From: Mobula hypostoma
Lineage: Eukaryota
Direction of reading: 5' to 3'
NCBI RefSeq assembly: GCF_963921235.1
Contig: NC_086118.1
Coordinates: 25,360,001 to 25,424,000, forward strand
Length of the DNA stretch: 64,000 nt
The notes beneath the pieces are model-generated. The model worked only from the letters and a program-made list of their open reading frames with translations. It was not told where the DNA came from and did no database searches. Made by a program: the position numbers and the translations under genes. Positions 25,985 to 39,287 of this stretch are shown here, piece by piece. Each line of letters opens with the position of its first letter. Within the stretch, counting starts at the first letter, position 1.

Positions 25985-26730
25985 AAACCGAGCTCGTCTG
26001 TGGAAGCACGCCAGGATACAGCCATTATGACGTAAATTGATGATGGGCGGCTGGTGACGCGCGCGACAGAGACAGGGCTCGCGGAGGCGCGCCTGCGCCG
26101 TCTCCCGCACAATGAAGCTGGAGCGGAAGTGATGCGCGGACAGGAAACTAGCGCCGAGCTGGGGCGAGAGAGCTGGTGATGGCGTGGGTGAGGTGCTGAC
26201 GTCGGTAGGGACGAGACGCGGCGGATTTCGTACCGGAGATGTGCAGGTAGGAATTGGCGGGGCAGAATCTCGCGTTTCAGCGTTGGCAGCCGGGACTGTC
26301 GCGGCTCCCCGTTACCGGTGACAGCTGGAGTTGCCACGTCCTTTTTATCCTGGGGGGTGGGAGAGCGGACGCCGGCTCGCCGCTTCCCTAACACCCGGTG
26401 TTGACGGGCCCGATCTCCCTGAGGGCTGTCCGCCGTCTGGTAAAGTCGGGCACCCGGCGAGGGGGAGGTTATTGTGTGTGAGGGGCGTGGGGGTAAAAGA
26501 AAACCGACTCAGACCTGAGGTACGCCCCCTTCAGCTAGGGCCCCTCGCTTCTCGAGATTGCCGATTGGCTGAGGCTTGCCGGCTCGGAGCCAATTGGCTG
26601 CTTCGCCTGTCAATGAAGGTGGTTGTTTTGTCGTTGGGGACTCGCCGTACTTGGGCTGTTGTCGCTTCCAAGTCCCGAGCTGGTCAGAATTAGAGCCCCC
26701 ACTGTGTTGTATACCTTCCGACTGGACGGC
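25985..26730 (+). promoter_or_regulatory. CpG-island promoter, probably of NDEL1
   Basis: Only long CpG-dense non-repeat stretch in the window. CRE-like TGACGTAA 26028-26035 and TGACGTCG 26197-26204, ETS/GABP CGGAAGTG 26124-26131, CCAAT motifs 26564-26568 and 26588-26599. Link to NDEL1 inferred from the ATG exon needing an upstream non-coding exon. Confidence 0.8.
26130..26246 (+). other. NDEL1: Candidate non-coding exon 1 of NDEL1
   Basis: Donor CAG|GTAGGA at 26246/26247 (alternative GG|GTGAGG at 26187/26188); start position is a guess from the ETS motif. Confidence 0.4.
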
Positions 26731-27154
26731 ATATACTGTTTGCAATGAAAGTGTAAACATTGATCATTTCTGACCAAGCTCCTCGTTTGCAGTCAGTCTC
26801 TCCTCTTTCTCCGACCTTGGAGCTTTTGATCTGATTGTAGAGTGCGGAAAGTCATACCGGTTTTACCGCAAAATTGAAGTTGCCTATTAGAACTTCTGTT
26901 CATGTATTTTAATTGGAAATCGTGGTAAAACAGCAGATGTGTGTCACGTTAGCTTTAGTTTATTGGTGACATAGAGCATTTCGGTGTACAGGATACTCCC
27001 AGAAAGATGCATCCGGATTCTGTAAGTAGTTAATTGTATATTGGCCTATGGTTCAATATAATTGTATACAATTATCAATTTGCCACAGTAATAATGACGG
27101 ATGAAGGTGCACGTATGTTTTAGGTGATTTCTATAGAATCCTGAACCTTGTTCC

Positions 27155-27505
27155 TTGGATATAGTTTTGAAACTCTTGAATAGCCTCGATAGAATGGATG
27201 TGGAGAGGATGTTTCCTGTGGTGGGTGAGTCCAAGACCAGAAGACACAGCCTCAGAATAGAAGAGCATCCTTTTAGAACGGAGATGAAGAAGAATTTCTT
27301 GAGCCAGAGAGTGGTGAATCTATGGAATTCTTTGCCCTGGGTGACTGTGGCGACCATGTCATTGGGTATTTTACCCTTGTCATTGGATATATTTAAGGCA
27401 GACGTTGATAGATTCTTGATTGATTAGGGCACGAAGGGGCACGGGTAGAGCAGACTTGATTGGCCAAATAGCCTCATTCTGCTCCTGTATGTTATGATCT
27501 GTGTG
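27155..27505 (+). mobile_element. CR1 3'-end fragment
   Basis: LDRMDVERMFPVVGESKTRRHSLRI...KNFLSQRVVNLWNSLP. Confidence 0.88.
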
Positions 27506-28389
27506 GTTTGAGAATAAGACTGATTTTAGTAAAGGGAGCCTCCAATGGCTTGGAGGCTTTGAACAGCTCTTTTAAATAGGTGTGCTGTTCACTTTACAGG
27601 AAGAACACAGCAGCAGATTGTACCCTAATTTCTAAATTAGTTCCCAAAGTATTTGCTTTGTATTCACTAATAAACAAAAGCGGGCTTATTTTATTTTATT
27701 TTTAGAAGTAATTTGAAGAATCACACAGTACAGTCTGAGTTTTAGTTTGACCAGGATGCCATCCATAATGTTGATATTTTGAAGTTGCACAGACATACTT
27801 CAACTTTCTTGCTTGATATTAATGTTAAAACTGATCACTGCCTATTCCTCCATTCTTATGCATGATGTATTCCAATGCAATATCAGATTTAAACAGGTGA
27901 TTATAATATTTACTGGAAAATATTGTGCAGTCAGTTCTGTGATTTTTTTTTATCGGGAGACTAGCCAGCAATCATATTCAAAATGTTTTTATTTTTCAAA
28001 ATTACATGACAAATACACTATTTGTTGCTGAATGGCAAAAGAGAGAAGTGACCATCATCAACATTCTTGTACAGCACTTCATATTGCCTGTTTTTCCAGT
28101 CAATTAATTTATTTGCTAGATGCTTGTACCAATAGCTTTTTGTTGATGAACTTGCATTGTTAGATAATTCTGTTGCTGTTACATTATTTTTAGTTTTATC
28201 AATGATTCAAATACAGTAGTGATAATGAAATGTAATTGATTTATTATTGTCAGGTACTGATGTACAGTGAACCACTTGTATGCTGTTCCTACAGATCAAT
28301 TTATTACACAGTGCATTAAGGTAGTACACGATGAACCAATAAAGTGTTATACTAACTGAGAGTGCAATGCCGATAGACAAAAAGGTGCA

Positions 28390-28980
28390 AGATAGTGTAG
28401 TGATTAGTGTGAAACTATTACAACAATGAGATTTCTGCAGTTCGGCATTCAATTCCAGTGCCATCTGTAAGGAGTCTGTATGTCCTCCCAGTGGAGTCTG
28501 TATGTCCTCCCAGTGGTATACATGGGTTTTCCCCAGATGTTTCGGTCTCGTTATCTATTTATTGATTGTGAAATAGGCACTTCCAGCACTTCGAGCCATA
28601 CCACCCAGCAATCCTCCAATTTAATCCTAGCCTAGTCCTAGTCATGGAACAATTTACAATGACCATTTAACCTACCAACCAGTAGGCTTTGGTTTGTGGG
28701 AGGAAACAGGAGCACCCGGAGGAAACCCATGCGGTCGCGGGGAGAATGTACAGACTCCTTGCAGGCAGCAGCAGGAATTGAACCCCATGTCACCTGCACT
28801 GTAAAGCATTGTGCTAACCAACACACTACTGTTTCCTCCCACAGTTAAACGATGTACTGGCTAGGTTAATTGGTCATTGTAGGTTGAGCTGTGATCAGTT
28901 TAGGATTCATCAGATTTGTTGGGAGTAGGTGGGGCAGCATGACTCGAGAGCTTAGTCTGCTGTATCGCTAAATAAATAAA
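28390..28980. mobile_element. Nested SINEs: minus copy ~28555-28830 inside a plus copy
   Basis: gtgggaggaaacaggagcacccggaggaaacccatgcggtcgcggggagaatgtacagactcct is typical of fish/shark tRNA-derived SINE cores; outer copy ends aataaataaa. Related decayed copies near 42555-42790, 43560-43850, 58970-59180. Confidence 0.65.
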
Positions 28981-31900
28981 AGTAAGGGTCATAATGAGGT
29001 AAGTTGTGAGGTCAAGATTCCATTTTATCTCACTAGGGAACCACTCTATGGTCTTTTAACAGTTTTAAGGAAATATGAGAAGTGATGGAAGTTACTAATT
29101 TTAGAATTATGATATTTGGTAATTTAACAAAGAATAAAATACACAGTGCTTTCAATGTTCATACTTTTGTGTCATGTCACTTGAGTTTGCTGTATTCTGA
29201 TTTACCTTTTGTCCTTTGAAGCCCGTAACATCTACTTGACATGTTCCAATGGTGATAAACCTTAGCAAAGAATCAAGTCAACGTAATTTGGCCTTTTGTA
29301 TATGATACAGTTGTACACATACCATGCAAATGAAGTAAAATGAACATTTAGTTTAATTTTTCAAAAAAAGGAAAGTAGTCATCAGGTATGCTTTGAATTG
29401 TCTTTGTTTTATAAGAATTCTGATAAATATTGGAAAGTAAATGATTGGAATAAGTATAATGAATGCCGTACGCAACTTCCTGTGTCAACTCATTTATTGT
29501 TGGTATGGAAACTGTAGCCAGCATGGTTTCATAAACATAAATGTGGTAAAAAAGGACTTCACTCTAAGATGTTTGCTATAGTTGTTTAGATGTTTTGTAT
29601 ATAAAACAAAGACAATTCAAAGCATACCTGATCATGTATCTTAAACTGGAAGCAATCTTTAAAATGGTTTATGGAGTTAACTGTGGGGGGGGGGAGCAAA
29701 ATGCTCTGCATTTAAGGATATAAATGGCCATTTTTTCAAGTTATTGATAGTTGTGTAAAAATACACATTCCTCTATTCTTGATATAGTCAGTGGACACCT
29801 ACAGTCTCTTCTGCACAGATTCATGATGTGTCCAGTTAAAAGATGCAAAGTTCGTGTAATTGTATACCTTCCTTCCATACTCCATCTTTTTTATGATACC
29901 ATTTAAGATTTGGAGTTAAAAGGACTCAAGTTACTGCTTTAGTGTTTTGTGTTTAATACATGAAAAAGTGTTCAGTTTTTAAAACTGTTTATCTGCTCTC
30001 AGAACTCTCATCAAACTTACAGCTGGCAACAGGGACAGTTTTGTTCAGGCTTTGAACTTTCGCTACTTTGCTGTTAAACACCATTGACAACTGTGAAGGC
30101 TGTCTTTTCAATTATTCTTCAGATTATTGACTGCAATGGCTATTCTCTCTTGCAGCAATTAAATTGCATTTCACCATATGCACCCTTGAGTAATGTTTTA
30201 TTGAGATTGGTGAGAATAGCTCAACATTAATTACCCTCCTGCAGTGTGAAATAATATCTATCACAGCTGCAAAATATAGATGAATGAAACTTGCAATGTA
30301 GTATAGTTGTTAACATTGAACATAAAGCTTGGACTATAGTCTGTTGGAGAATAATTTTTAATAGGCTGTAAACGCAACTGAATTTGAATTAAATTTTTTA
30401 CAGTTTGTTAATAGGCTAGGTAAAAAAAATTACTCAGGAAATAATATAAATTCTTTCAGTAAAGCATGGTCATTCAAATATACATTTTTGTATTCTCCCC
30501 TGTGATCTTCAGTAGACTGTTTTCAGTATTATTTCGGTTGAACTCTTGAGAAAATTCACATGAACCTAACAATATGAGTACATTGTAGGCAGTGGTATTC
30601 AGTCTGCTTCACTAAGATTATACTGATCTACAATCTCAATACTACCTTTCCACACATTCCAAATGCTTTTATTCCTTTGTTTTGTTTTTAAAATGGTCAT
30701 TGTCTTGAAAATTCTTAATGGTTAAGTATCAATTGAAGCACTAAATTCCAAATATTGACAACCTGTTGAGGGAGCAAATTTTCCCTCATTTCTATCCTAT
30801 GTGATCAGCTATATATTCTTATTTCCCGCCACACATTTCTGGATATGCCAGCGGTTAGAATTAACCCCGTGGTATCAATTCAATGAAGTCCAATCAGAAT
30901 TTTGAAATCATTTGGTCCTTTGTATCACACACAAAATGCTGGAAGAACTCAGCAAGTCAGGTAGCATCTATCAAGAATGATGGCTAATTTGTTGAGTTTC
31001 TCCAGCATCTGCAGAATCTCCTGTGTTGCCATATATTTATGCTTCTTTTTCACTGGTTAATCCCTGCCAGTTTATTTGTTCCTTAGCCATGTAAGTATGT
31101 TCATTTCTTTAGTGCAGTTAATAAGTCTGTTTCACTATTTTGGGCATTCCTAATCACAACAACTCATTGAATAGACATAATGATTCTGAAGGACAAATTG
31201 GAATTGTTTCTGGAGCCAAGATGTCATGGAAAGAACTAATTAAAACTGTTATGTGTTCATTTTGATTCATAGTGAAAATATTTAATTTTTGAATTTATGC
31301 TGTAGTTTTAATCTAACATCAATTAAATGTCCAGGTTTGAATAATTATAATGTATTATACTTTAGAAGTTTTAACCTATTAAAATTTTGACTATCAAATT
31401 AATTTTATACATATTGAAATAAAAATTGACTTCAATGAATTATGCTATTTTTCAAATTACTTATGGTTATAATTGCATTAAGAACTGAGCAGATCACTGA
31501 TGCATTATTGGATTTATTGCAGTTGGGAATTAAAAATGTTGCCTGATGGATAGCAACAGAGCAGGCAGAGATAACAAATTTAGGTAAACTAATAAACACT
31601 TAATATATGGATGAAAATGAGGTACACCAATAAGTTGTGAGATAAACAAGGATACCAGAGCAGACAATGTTGAAATAGTGCCGTTTAATGAAAGTCAAGA
31701 AGAGAACTGTTCTGCTTTGAACATTATGCTATGTACATTGCTTGGTGAGGCGATGGTCCAATAAAAAGGAAGAATTATCATAGATTCCCCTTGACACTAA
31801 CACAGATGATCTAGTGATGTGTATGCACTTGCCAGATATGGAAAGATTTCATCACTGCCCAAATACCAGATTGCCTTATCACCTGACTTTCCTTCTAATT

Positions 31901-32110
31901 ATTCCTGTATTTCCATGGAAAAAAACTCCCCCAAGAATTGAAGCCTGTAAGTAAATATATTAATTCGGTTATGTACAGGTTTTGAAATTTCTGAAGCTCA
32001 TAAACAACAGATTCTATGTTTGCATACATTTCAGAATGCACTTTCCATAAGACACTTGTTTCTAACCCTCTTATTATTTTAGTTTGAGGAATAAGTAACA
32101 GTGGAGCATA

Positions 32111-34103
32111 CCGTACCTTGCAAATGTCTTAGGCACGTGTTAGAAAATTTGTAAAGTGAAGATGTTTTCAAATATAATGAAATGAAAGGCTTCTAAATAA
32201 CAAAAAATTACTACAGAGAGCAGTAAACAGTAAAAAAAAATTATTTAAATAATTATTAATATTTGGTGTGACCATACATTGCCTTTAAAACTGCATCAAT
32301 TCTCTTGAGTACACTTTCTTATAAAATCGGCTAGTTAAATTGTTTCAAACATCTTGGAGAACTTGCCACAGTTCTTCTGCAGATTTTGGCTATCTCACTT
32401 GCTGTTTGGGATTACCTGGAGAGACAGAAGCCTCAATGATGTTGAGGTCAGAGCTCTGTAGAGGCTGTACCATCTGTTGCAGAACTCCTTGTTTTTCATT
32501 TCACTGAAGAGTTTGACTTTTCCATGAAGACCACTTCTGACAAGACATCTTCAGACGATACTTGGGTTCCAGTGGTTTCTGTGAGTTCAGAGTTGATAGC
32601 AGTGCTGGACATCTTCCAACTTAGAAAACAGTTTAGTTTTATATACAGTCGGCCCTCCTTATCCGCGAGGGATTGGTTCCAGGACCCCTCATGAATACCA
32701 AAAAACGCGGATGCTCAAGTCTCTTATTCAGTCTGTATAAATGCGGTGGACCTTATTTACCCTGTCTCAATGCGGTGGACATTAGGACCCAGCGGCGGAG
32801 CTCTGAATCCACAGTGTTTCTGTTCACGAAAATAATCATGATCGCGATTTAAAATAAAGTGGAAATAATAGTGTGTGGAAAGAGGTGAAACGCCGTCGGT
32901 CATTGGAAAAGCATTAGGCTACAGTTGGTCAACAATCGGAACAATTTTAAAGGATAAAGTGAGAAAAGCCCTGCCCCGATGAAAGCTACAATTATTACTA
33001 GGCAACGCAGTGGTTTAATTATTGGGTTTTGGGTTTATGATCTTCCACATCAAGCCGACACAGATGGAGAGCGCGCTCGGGAGCAGTCTGTCACTGGATC
33101 GAACTCGGGAATTTCCGTTCCTGAGCCAGCGCTGAAACATCGTTTCTTAAGTGTTTTATATGCATAGAAGGTAAAATATATACTATATACTAAGATAAAC
33201 GTTTGACTAACTGACGCTAAATAATACCGGATGTACCTGTTCCGACTTACTTAGTAAGAGAACTTACGTTTTTTTTCGATCCCGATCCACGATAACCTAC
33301 GCACATCCTCCCGTATACTTTAAATCATCTCTAGATTACTTATAATACCTAATACAATGTAAATGCTATGTAAAATAGTTGTTATACTGCATTGTTTAGG
33401 AAATAATGACAAGAAAAAAAGTGTACGTGTTCGAACAACAAGTGCTGGAAGAGCACTTCCAGGTTTTCTCGTTTCGCGGTTGGTTGAATTCGCGCATGCA
33501 GAACTCGCAGATAAGGAGGGCCAACTGTATTTCTCTTCAGCTGCACTCAGTTTTCGTGGATGACCACTGCATTTCTAGTCTTCTACCTTGCCCATTTCTT
33601 TGTGCTTCTTTAGAATATCTCAGTCAGTAAATCTTGAAACTCCCATCTAGCACAAAGTTTCTGCTTGAGAGAGACCTTGCTAATTAAGGAAGACCACCTT
33701 GTTGTGTTCGTTGTTATGCACACTCATGCCATGGTGTAAGAGTTAATGATTTGAAGTTTAAACTGTTAGATCTGCCATACCCTCACCTTTTAGTTTGGTT
33801 GTCCTTCACCCATTTTGATTTCTTCTACATGCATTTCTGTTTCAGTTAATGAGTTTAGTTCACAAAGACTCATTATGTCATTGATCATTAGTATCCTGTT
33901 TGTTATGTTTGTAGGTATATAGCCTCGAGCATAATTAAACAAAGAATCAAGTTTTATTTGAAAAGTGGTCTATTATTAATATTTTACTTTAATAAAGTAC
34001 AATAATTTGTTAAACATTAATTTTTTTGAAAATGAGTTTTTGGAAATTTATTTGGAAATTTTATATAAAAAATCAGGATGCCTAAGACTCTTGCACAATA
34101 TTG
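32111..34103. mobile_element. Decayed Tc1/mariner-like DNA transposon
   Basis: Imperfect TIRs ccgtaccttgcaaatgtcttaggca / tgcctaagactcttgcacaatattg, each flanked by TA. Confidence 0.7.
32646..33527 (+). mobile_element. Tigger/pogo-like non-autonomous DNA transposon nested in the Tc1-like element
   Basis: 24-bp TIRs cagtcggccctccttatccgcgag / ctcgcagataaggagggccaactg (2 mismatches), TA on both sides; internal HTH remnant ERGETPSVIGKALGYSWSTIGTILKDK. Confidence 0.88.
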
Positions 34104-34179
34104 TATATTGCCATTTTTTTTAAAGTTGTTTTAAAATTGATAAGAAATCATGCAGATGTTCTGTTTTTGGAAACCTAGA

Positions 34180-36358
34180 TGGAAACAGAAAACTTACAGC
34201 ACAGTATAGGCCCTTCGGCCCACAATGCTGTGCCGAATGTGTACTTACTTCAGAAATTACCTCGGGTTACCCATAGCCCTCTATTTTTCTAAGCTCCGTG
34301 TACCTATACAGGAGTCTCTTAAAAGACCCGATTCATATCCGTCTCCACCACCATCGTCAGCAGCCCATTCCACGCACTCACCACTCCCTGCGTTTTTAAA
34401 AAAAAAACTTGCCCTTGACATCTCCTCTGTACCTATTTCCAAGCACCTTAAAACTGTACCCTCTCGTGTTAGCCATTTCAGCCCTGGGGAAGAAGCCTCT
34501 GACTATCCACATGATCAATGCCTCTTGTAATCTTATACACCTCTATCAGGTCACCTCTCATCCTCCATTGCTCCAAGGAGAAAAGGCCGAGTTCACTCAA
34601 CCTATTCTCATAAGTCATGCTCCCCAATCCAGGCAACATCCTTGTAAATCTCCTCTACACCCTTTCTATGGTTTCCACATTCTTCCTGTAGTGAGGTGAC
34701 TAGAACTGAGCATTGTACTCCAAATGGGGTCTGACCAGGGTCCTATATGGCTGTAACATTATCTCTTGGCTCTTGAACTCAATCCCACGGTTGATGAAGG
34801 CTAATGCACCATATGCCTTCTTAACCAGACAGTTAAGCAGCACATCAACTTTGAGTGTCCTGTGGAGTCAGACCCTAAGATCCCTCTGATCCTCCAGACT
34901 GCCAAGAGTCTCACCATTAATACTATATTCTATCATCATATTTGACCTAACCAAAATGATCCACCTCACACTTATCTGGGTTGAACTCCATCTGCCACTT
35001 CTTGCCCAATTTTGCATCCAATCACTGTCCCACTGTAACCTCTGACAGCCCTCCACTCTGTCGACAACACCCCCAACCTTTGTGTCAACAACAAATTTAT
35101 TAACCCATCCTCCACTTCCTTATCCAGGTCATTTATAAAAATCATGAAGAGAAGGGGTCCCAGAACAGATCCCTGAGGCACACCACTGGTCACTGACCTC
35201 CATGTAGAATATGACCCGTCTACAACCACTCCTTGCCTTCTGTGGGCAAGCCAATTCTGGATCCAGAAAGCAAGGTCCCCTTGGATCCTATGCCTCCCTA
35301 CTTTCTCAAGCCTTATATGGAGTACCTTATCAAATGCCTTGCTGAAATCCATACACACTATCTACTACTCTACCTTCATCAATGTGTTTAGTCACATCCT
35401 CAAAAAATTCAATCAGGCTCGTAAGGCACGACCTGCCTTTGACAACGCCATGCTGACTATTTCTAATAGTATTATGCCTCTTCAGATGTTCATAAATCCT
35501 GCCTCTCAAGATCTTCTCCATCAACTTACCAACCACTGAAGTAAGACTCACTGGTCTGTAATTTCCTGGGCTATCTCTACTCTCTTTCTTGAATAAGGGA
35601 ACGACATCTGCAACTTCCAATCCTCCAGAACCTCTCACGTCCCCATTGATGATGCAAAGATCATTGCCAGAGGCTCAGCAATTTCCTCTCCCATGGTAGC
35701 CTGGGGTATATCTTGTCTGGTCCCGGTGACTTATCCAACTTCATGCTTTCCAAAAGCTCCAGTACATCCTTTTCCTTAATATCTATATGCTCAAGCTTTT
35801 CATTCTGCTGTAAGTCATCCCTACAATCGCCAGGCTCCTTTTCCGTAGTGAATACTGAAGCAAAGTTTTCGTTAAGTACCTCCGCTACCTCCTCCAGGTC
35901 CATAGACACTTTTCCACTGTCACACTTGATTGGTCCTCTTCTCTCACGTCTTATCTTCTTGCTGTTCACATACTTGTAGAATGCCTTGGGGTTCTCCTTA
36001 ATCCTGCTCACCAAGGCCTTCTCATGGCCCCTTCTGGCTCTCCTAATTTCTTTCTTAAGCTTCTTCCTGCTAGCCATATAATTTTCTAGATCTCTATCAT
36101 TACCTAATTTTTTGAACCTTTCGTAAGCTTTTTCTTTTCTTCTTGAGTACCATCCTTTCTCTGTCTCATTGGAACATACCTATGCAGAACGCCACATAAA
36201 TATATCCTGAATGTTTGCCACATTTCTGCCATACATTTCCCTGAGAACATCTGCTCCCAATTTATACTTCCAAGTTCCTGCCTGATAGCTTCATATTTCC
36301 CCTTACTCCAATTAAATGTTTTCCTAACTTGTCTGCTCCTATCCCTCTCCATTGCTAT
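34180..36358 (-). mobile_element. CR1 LINE, different subfamily, 5'-truncated
   Basis: [58 protein letters not shown]. Confidence 0.92.
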
Positions 36359-36789
36359 TTTAATAGAAAGTAAACTGTTTAAAGTGGATGAATAAACTCT
36401 TCTCAGGCTTCCAACCAGGTACAGGTGTCGATTTTAACCAACGTTTTGATGACAAACTCTGCCATCTTCATCGGGGGCGGGGTGTGTGTGTGTGTGTATA
36501 TATATTTTTTGGATCCTTTTTTTGGTTCTTTAAAGTGGGAGTCAAATAAATAACATGGGAGGTAAAGATAAAGAAACATGATTCTAGGGGAAGGAAAGAG
36601 AAGAGATGGGGAAATAGTGAGTGTACCTGATCAGAATCACTGCCTTATGCCATGAAAACATACTGTCTTGTGTTTCTGTGATATCATTCTGGAGGAACAT
36701 TGTATCATTTCTTAATGCATGCATTACTAAATGACAATGGAAGTGATTAAGCTGTTCATGAATCCATTTAGTATGATCTTCTGGGTCGT

Positions 36790-37890
36790 ATACCACCTCA
36801 ATGATGAATACCATTTTCTTAAATCACTACTTCTTGAAGATGTCATCAATGATTAGGAGGGTCGTACCCGAGATGGAGCTCGCTGAGTCTACAATCCTCT
36901 GTAGCCTCTTGCAATCCTATGCATTGGAGCCTCCATAACAAACAGTTGCTCTTCACTGTACATCTATAGAAATTTGTACAACTCTGTGGAGTCATGTTGG
37001 TTGTTCGTCCACCGTTGACGTCGATGAGGACCTCAACACCATTATGATGGTGTCGAGACTAGCGTGTGATTTGGATTTAAGTGAGGGAGAGTTGCGCAGC
37101 GTCAGCCTCACTCTGTCTTCCCAATTCCCATCTGGATCCAGTGGCAGGACAGAGTCTAGATGGCTGGAGATGGGGCTAGGCACAGTGGATGACCAGGACG
37201 TCTTCTGTGTCTTGTCCTGCTCTACACGTTCCACGATGCTTGCAGAGACTGCCTTCTTGACCGTTGGACCTTCCATAGGTCTCGTCCGCTCAATCCGCCG
37301 GAGTCTGTCTTCACATGCTCGGATAGACAACTCCCTATCACACCGAGGGTTTGAGACCCGTCGGCTATCCTCACCTGGTTTAGCCGGCTTGTCGAAGCCG
37401 TTGCCCGGGGTGTGGCCACTGTCGCATGCAAACAACTACGGGGAGCCACAGGTGAGAGCTGAGTGCCAGGTGGGGACCAAAGGTGGACTAACCGCCCTGA
37501 AAAGGACGCGACATGTTCCCCCACCAGAGGTGCTACCCCTCCCTGACTCCCCATACACCCCTCTGTGGAGTCATGTACAATCTCTTCAAACATCAAATGA
37601 AGAAGAGCTGCTGGCATGCCTTCTTCATGATAGCATCATTGTGTTGGGCCCACGAGACATTCTCAGTGATCTTAAAACCTGGCAATTAAAGTTGATCACC
37701 CTTTCTATGGCTGACCCCTTTATGTGGACTGGTGTGTGTTCTGGCTGCACCTTTCTGAAGTCCATAGTTAATTCCTTGGTTTTACTGACATTTAGTGCAA
37801 GATTATGGTGACACCACTCAACCAGCCGATCTGTCTCACTTTTTGACACCACCTTGTTGAATCAAGAGATTTTACCAACAACAGTTGTGA
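36790..37890 (-). mobile_element. Rex1/Babar-like LINE fragment interrupted by a younger insertion
   Basis: LVEWCHHNLALNVSKTKELTMDFRK on the minus strand. Confidence 0.72.
36998..37560. mobile_element. 563-bp non-autonomous retroposon-like insertion with 16-bp TSD
   Basis: ctctgtggagtcatgt at 36982-36997 and 37561-37576; GC- and CpG-rich interior; family not identified. Confidence 0.8.
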
Positions 37891-38557
37891 TTGTTATCAG
37901 TGGTGATTACAATTTGACCTGTTGGATCTGTTATGGATGTACTTCATCTCATACAAAGATCGAGTACACAATGAAGTGGTCGTGTTAAATGTAAAACTTG
38001 GATTTTGTTATCACAAAGCCTGTGCAGTTGTAACTACAACAGTTACATGTGTTAATAAATAGGTTAATAAAGCAGATTGGTGAGAAGGAAATCTAGTAAG
38101 TACTTTAATCATCTGCCACATTCTAGTTAATCATTCCTAGCCCAGCTGGAATGTCACCGAGCAACTCTTGGTGTAGTTCTCCATCTAACAATGTTCAATG
38201 GCATTGCAATATGTACAAAATGCTGGCGGAACTCAGCAGGTCAGGCAATATCTATGGAAAGGAATAAACAGTCAAAAGTTTTGGGCCGAGACCCTTCTTC
38301 AGGACTGAGAAAGAAGAGAGAAGATGCCAGAATAAAAAGATGGAGAGAGAGGAAAGTGGCTATCTGGAAGATGATAGGTGAAACCAGATGGGTGGGAAAG
38401 GTCAAGGGTTGGAGCAGAAAGAATCTGATAGAGGAGAGGGGACCATAGGAGGAAGGGACTCAGGGGAAATAATCAGCAAGTGAGAAGACTTGAAAGGTCA
38501 GAGTGGAGAATAGAAGGGAGTGGAATTTATTTACCGGAAAGGGATATTGATATTCAT

Positions 38558-39062
38558 GGAGGAACAACACCTTATATTCCGTCTGGGTAACCTCCAACCT
38601 GATGGCATGAACATTGACTTCTCTAACTTGCGCTAATGCCCCACCTCCCCCTCGTACCCCATCTGTTACTTATTTTTATACACACATTCTTTCTCTCACT
38701 CTCCTTTTTCTCCCTCTGTCCCTCTGAATATACCCCTTGCCCATCCTCTGGGTTCCCCCCCCCCTTGTCTTTCTTCCCAGACCTCCTGTCCCATGATCCT
38801 CTCGTATCCCTTTTGCCTATCACCTGTCCAGCTCTTGGCTCCATCCCTTCCCCTCCTGTCTTCTCCTATCATTTTGGATCTCCCCCTCCCCCTCCAACTT
38901 TCAAATCCCTTATTCACTCTTCCTTCAGTTAGTCCTGACGAAGGGTCTCAGCCTGAAACGTCGACTGCACCTCTTCCTAGAGATGCTGCCTGGCCTGCTG
39001 CGTTCACCAGCAACTTTTATGTGTGTTGTTTGAATTTCCAGCGTCTGCAGAATTCCTGTTGT
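38558..39062 (+). mobile_element. Young PLE 3' fragment with 11-bp TSD
   Basis: Near-identical to ~51940-52443; ttgatattcat at 38547-38557 and 39063-39073. Confidence 0.9.
38931..38966 (+). ncRNA. Minimal hammerhead ribozyme motif (sense in NDEL1 intron 1)
   Basis: agtc-CTGACGA-agggtctcagcct-GAAA-c-GTC-gact. Confidence 0.78.
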
Positions 39063-39287
39063 TTGATATTCATACCATCAGGTTGGAGGCTACCTAGATG
39101 GAATGTAAGGTGTTGCTCCTGTGTCCTGAAGGTGGCCTCATCTTGGCTTAAGAGGAAGTGCTTGTGACAGATGGTGTGGAGATGTTCAACAAAGCAGTCC
39201 CGAATGTCCGCAGTCCGCAGTGGGTCTCACCAATGTAGGGGAAGCTGCATCGAGAGCGCTGGACCCAATAGGCGACCCCAGCAGATT

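Noticed and set aside
25868..26773. Overlapping ORFs of 65-154 aa on both strands
   Set aside because: Expected by-product of a GC-rich CpG island; no recognisable domain.
28471..28516. 22-bp tandem duplication
   Set aside because: Ordinary local duplication inside a SINE.
37044..37811. 255-aa ORF
   Set aside because: Crosses the TSD boundary from an insertion into antisense LINE sequence; no protein motif.
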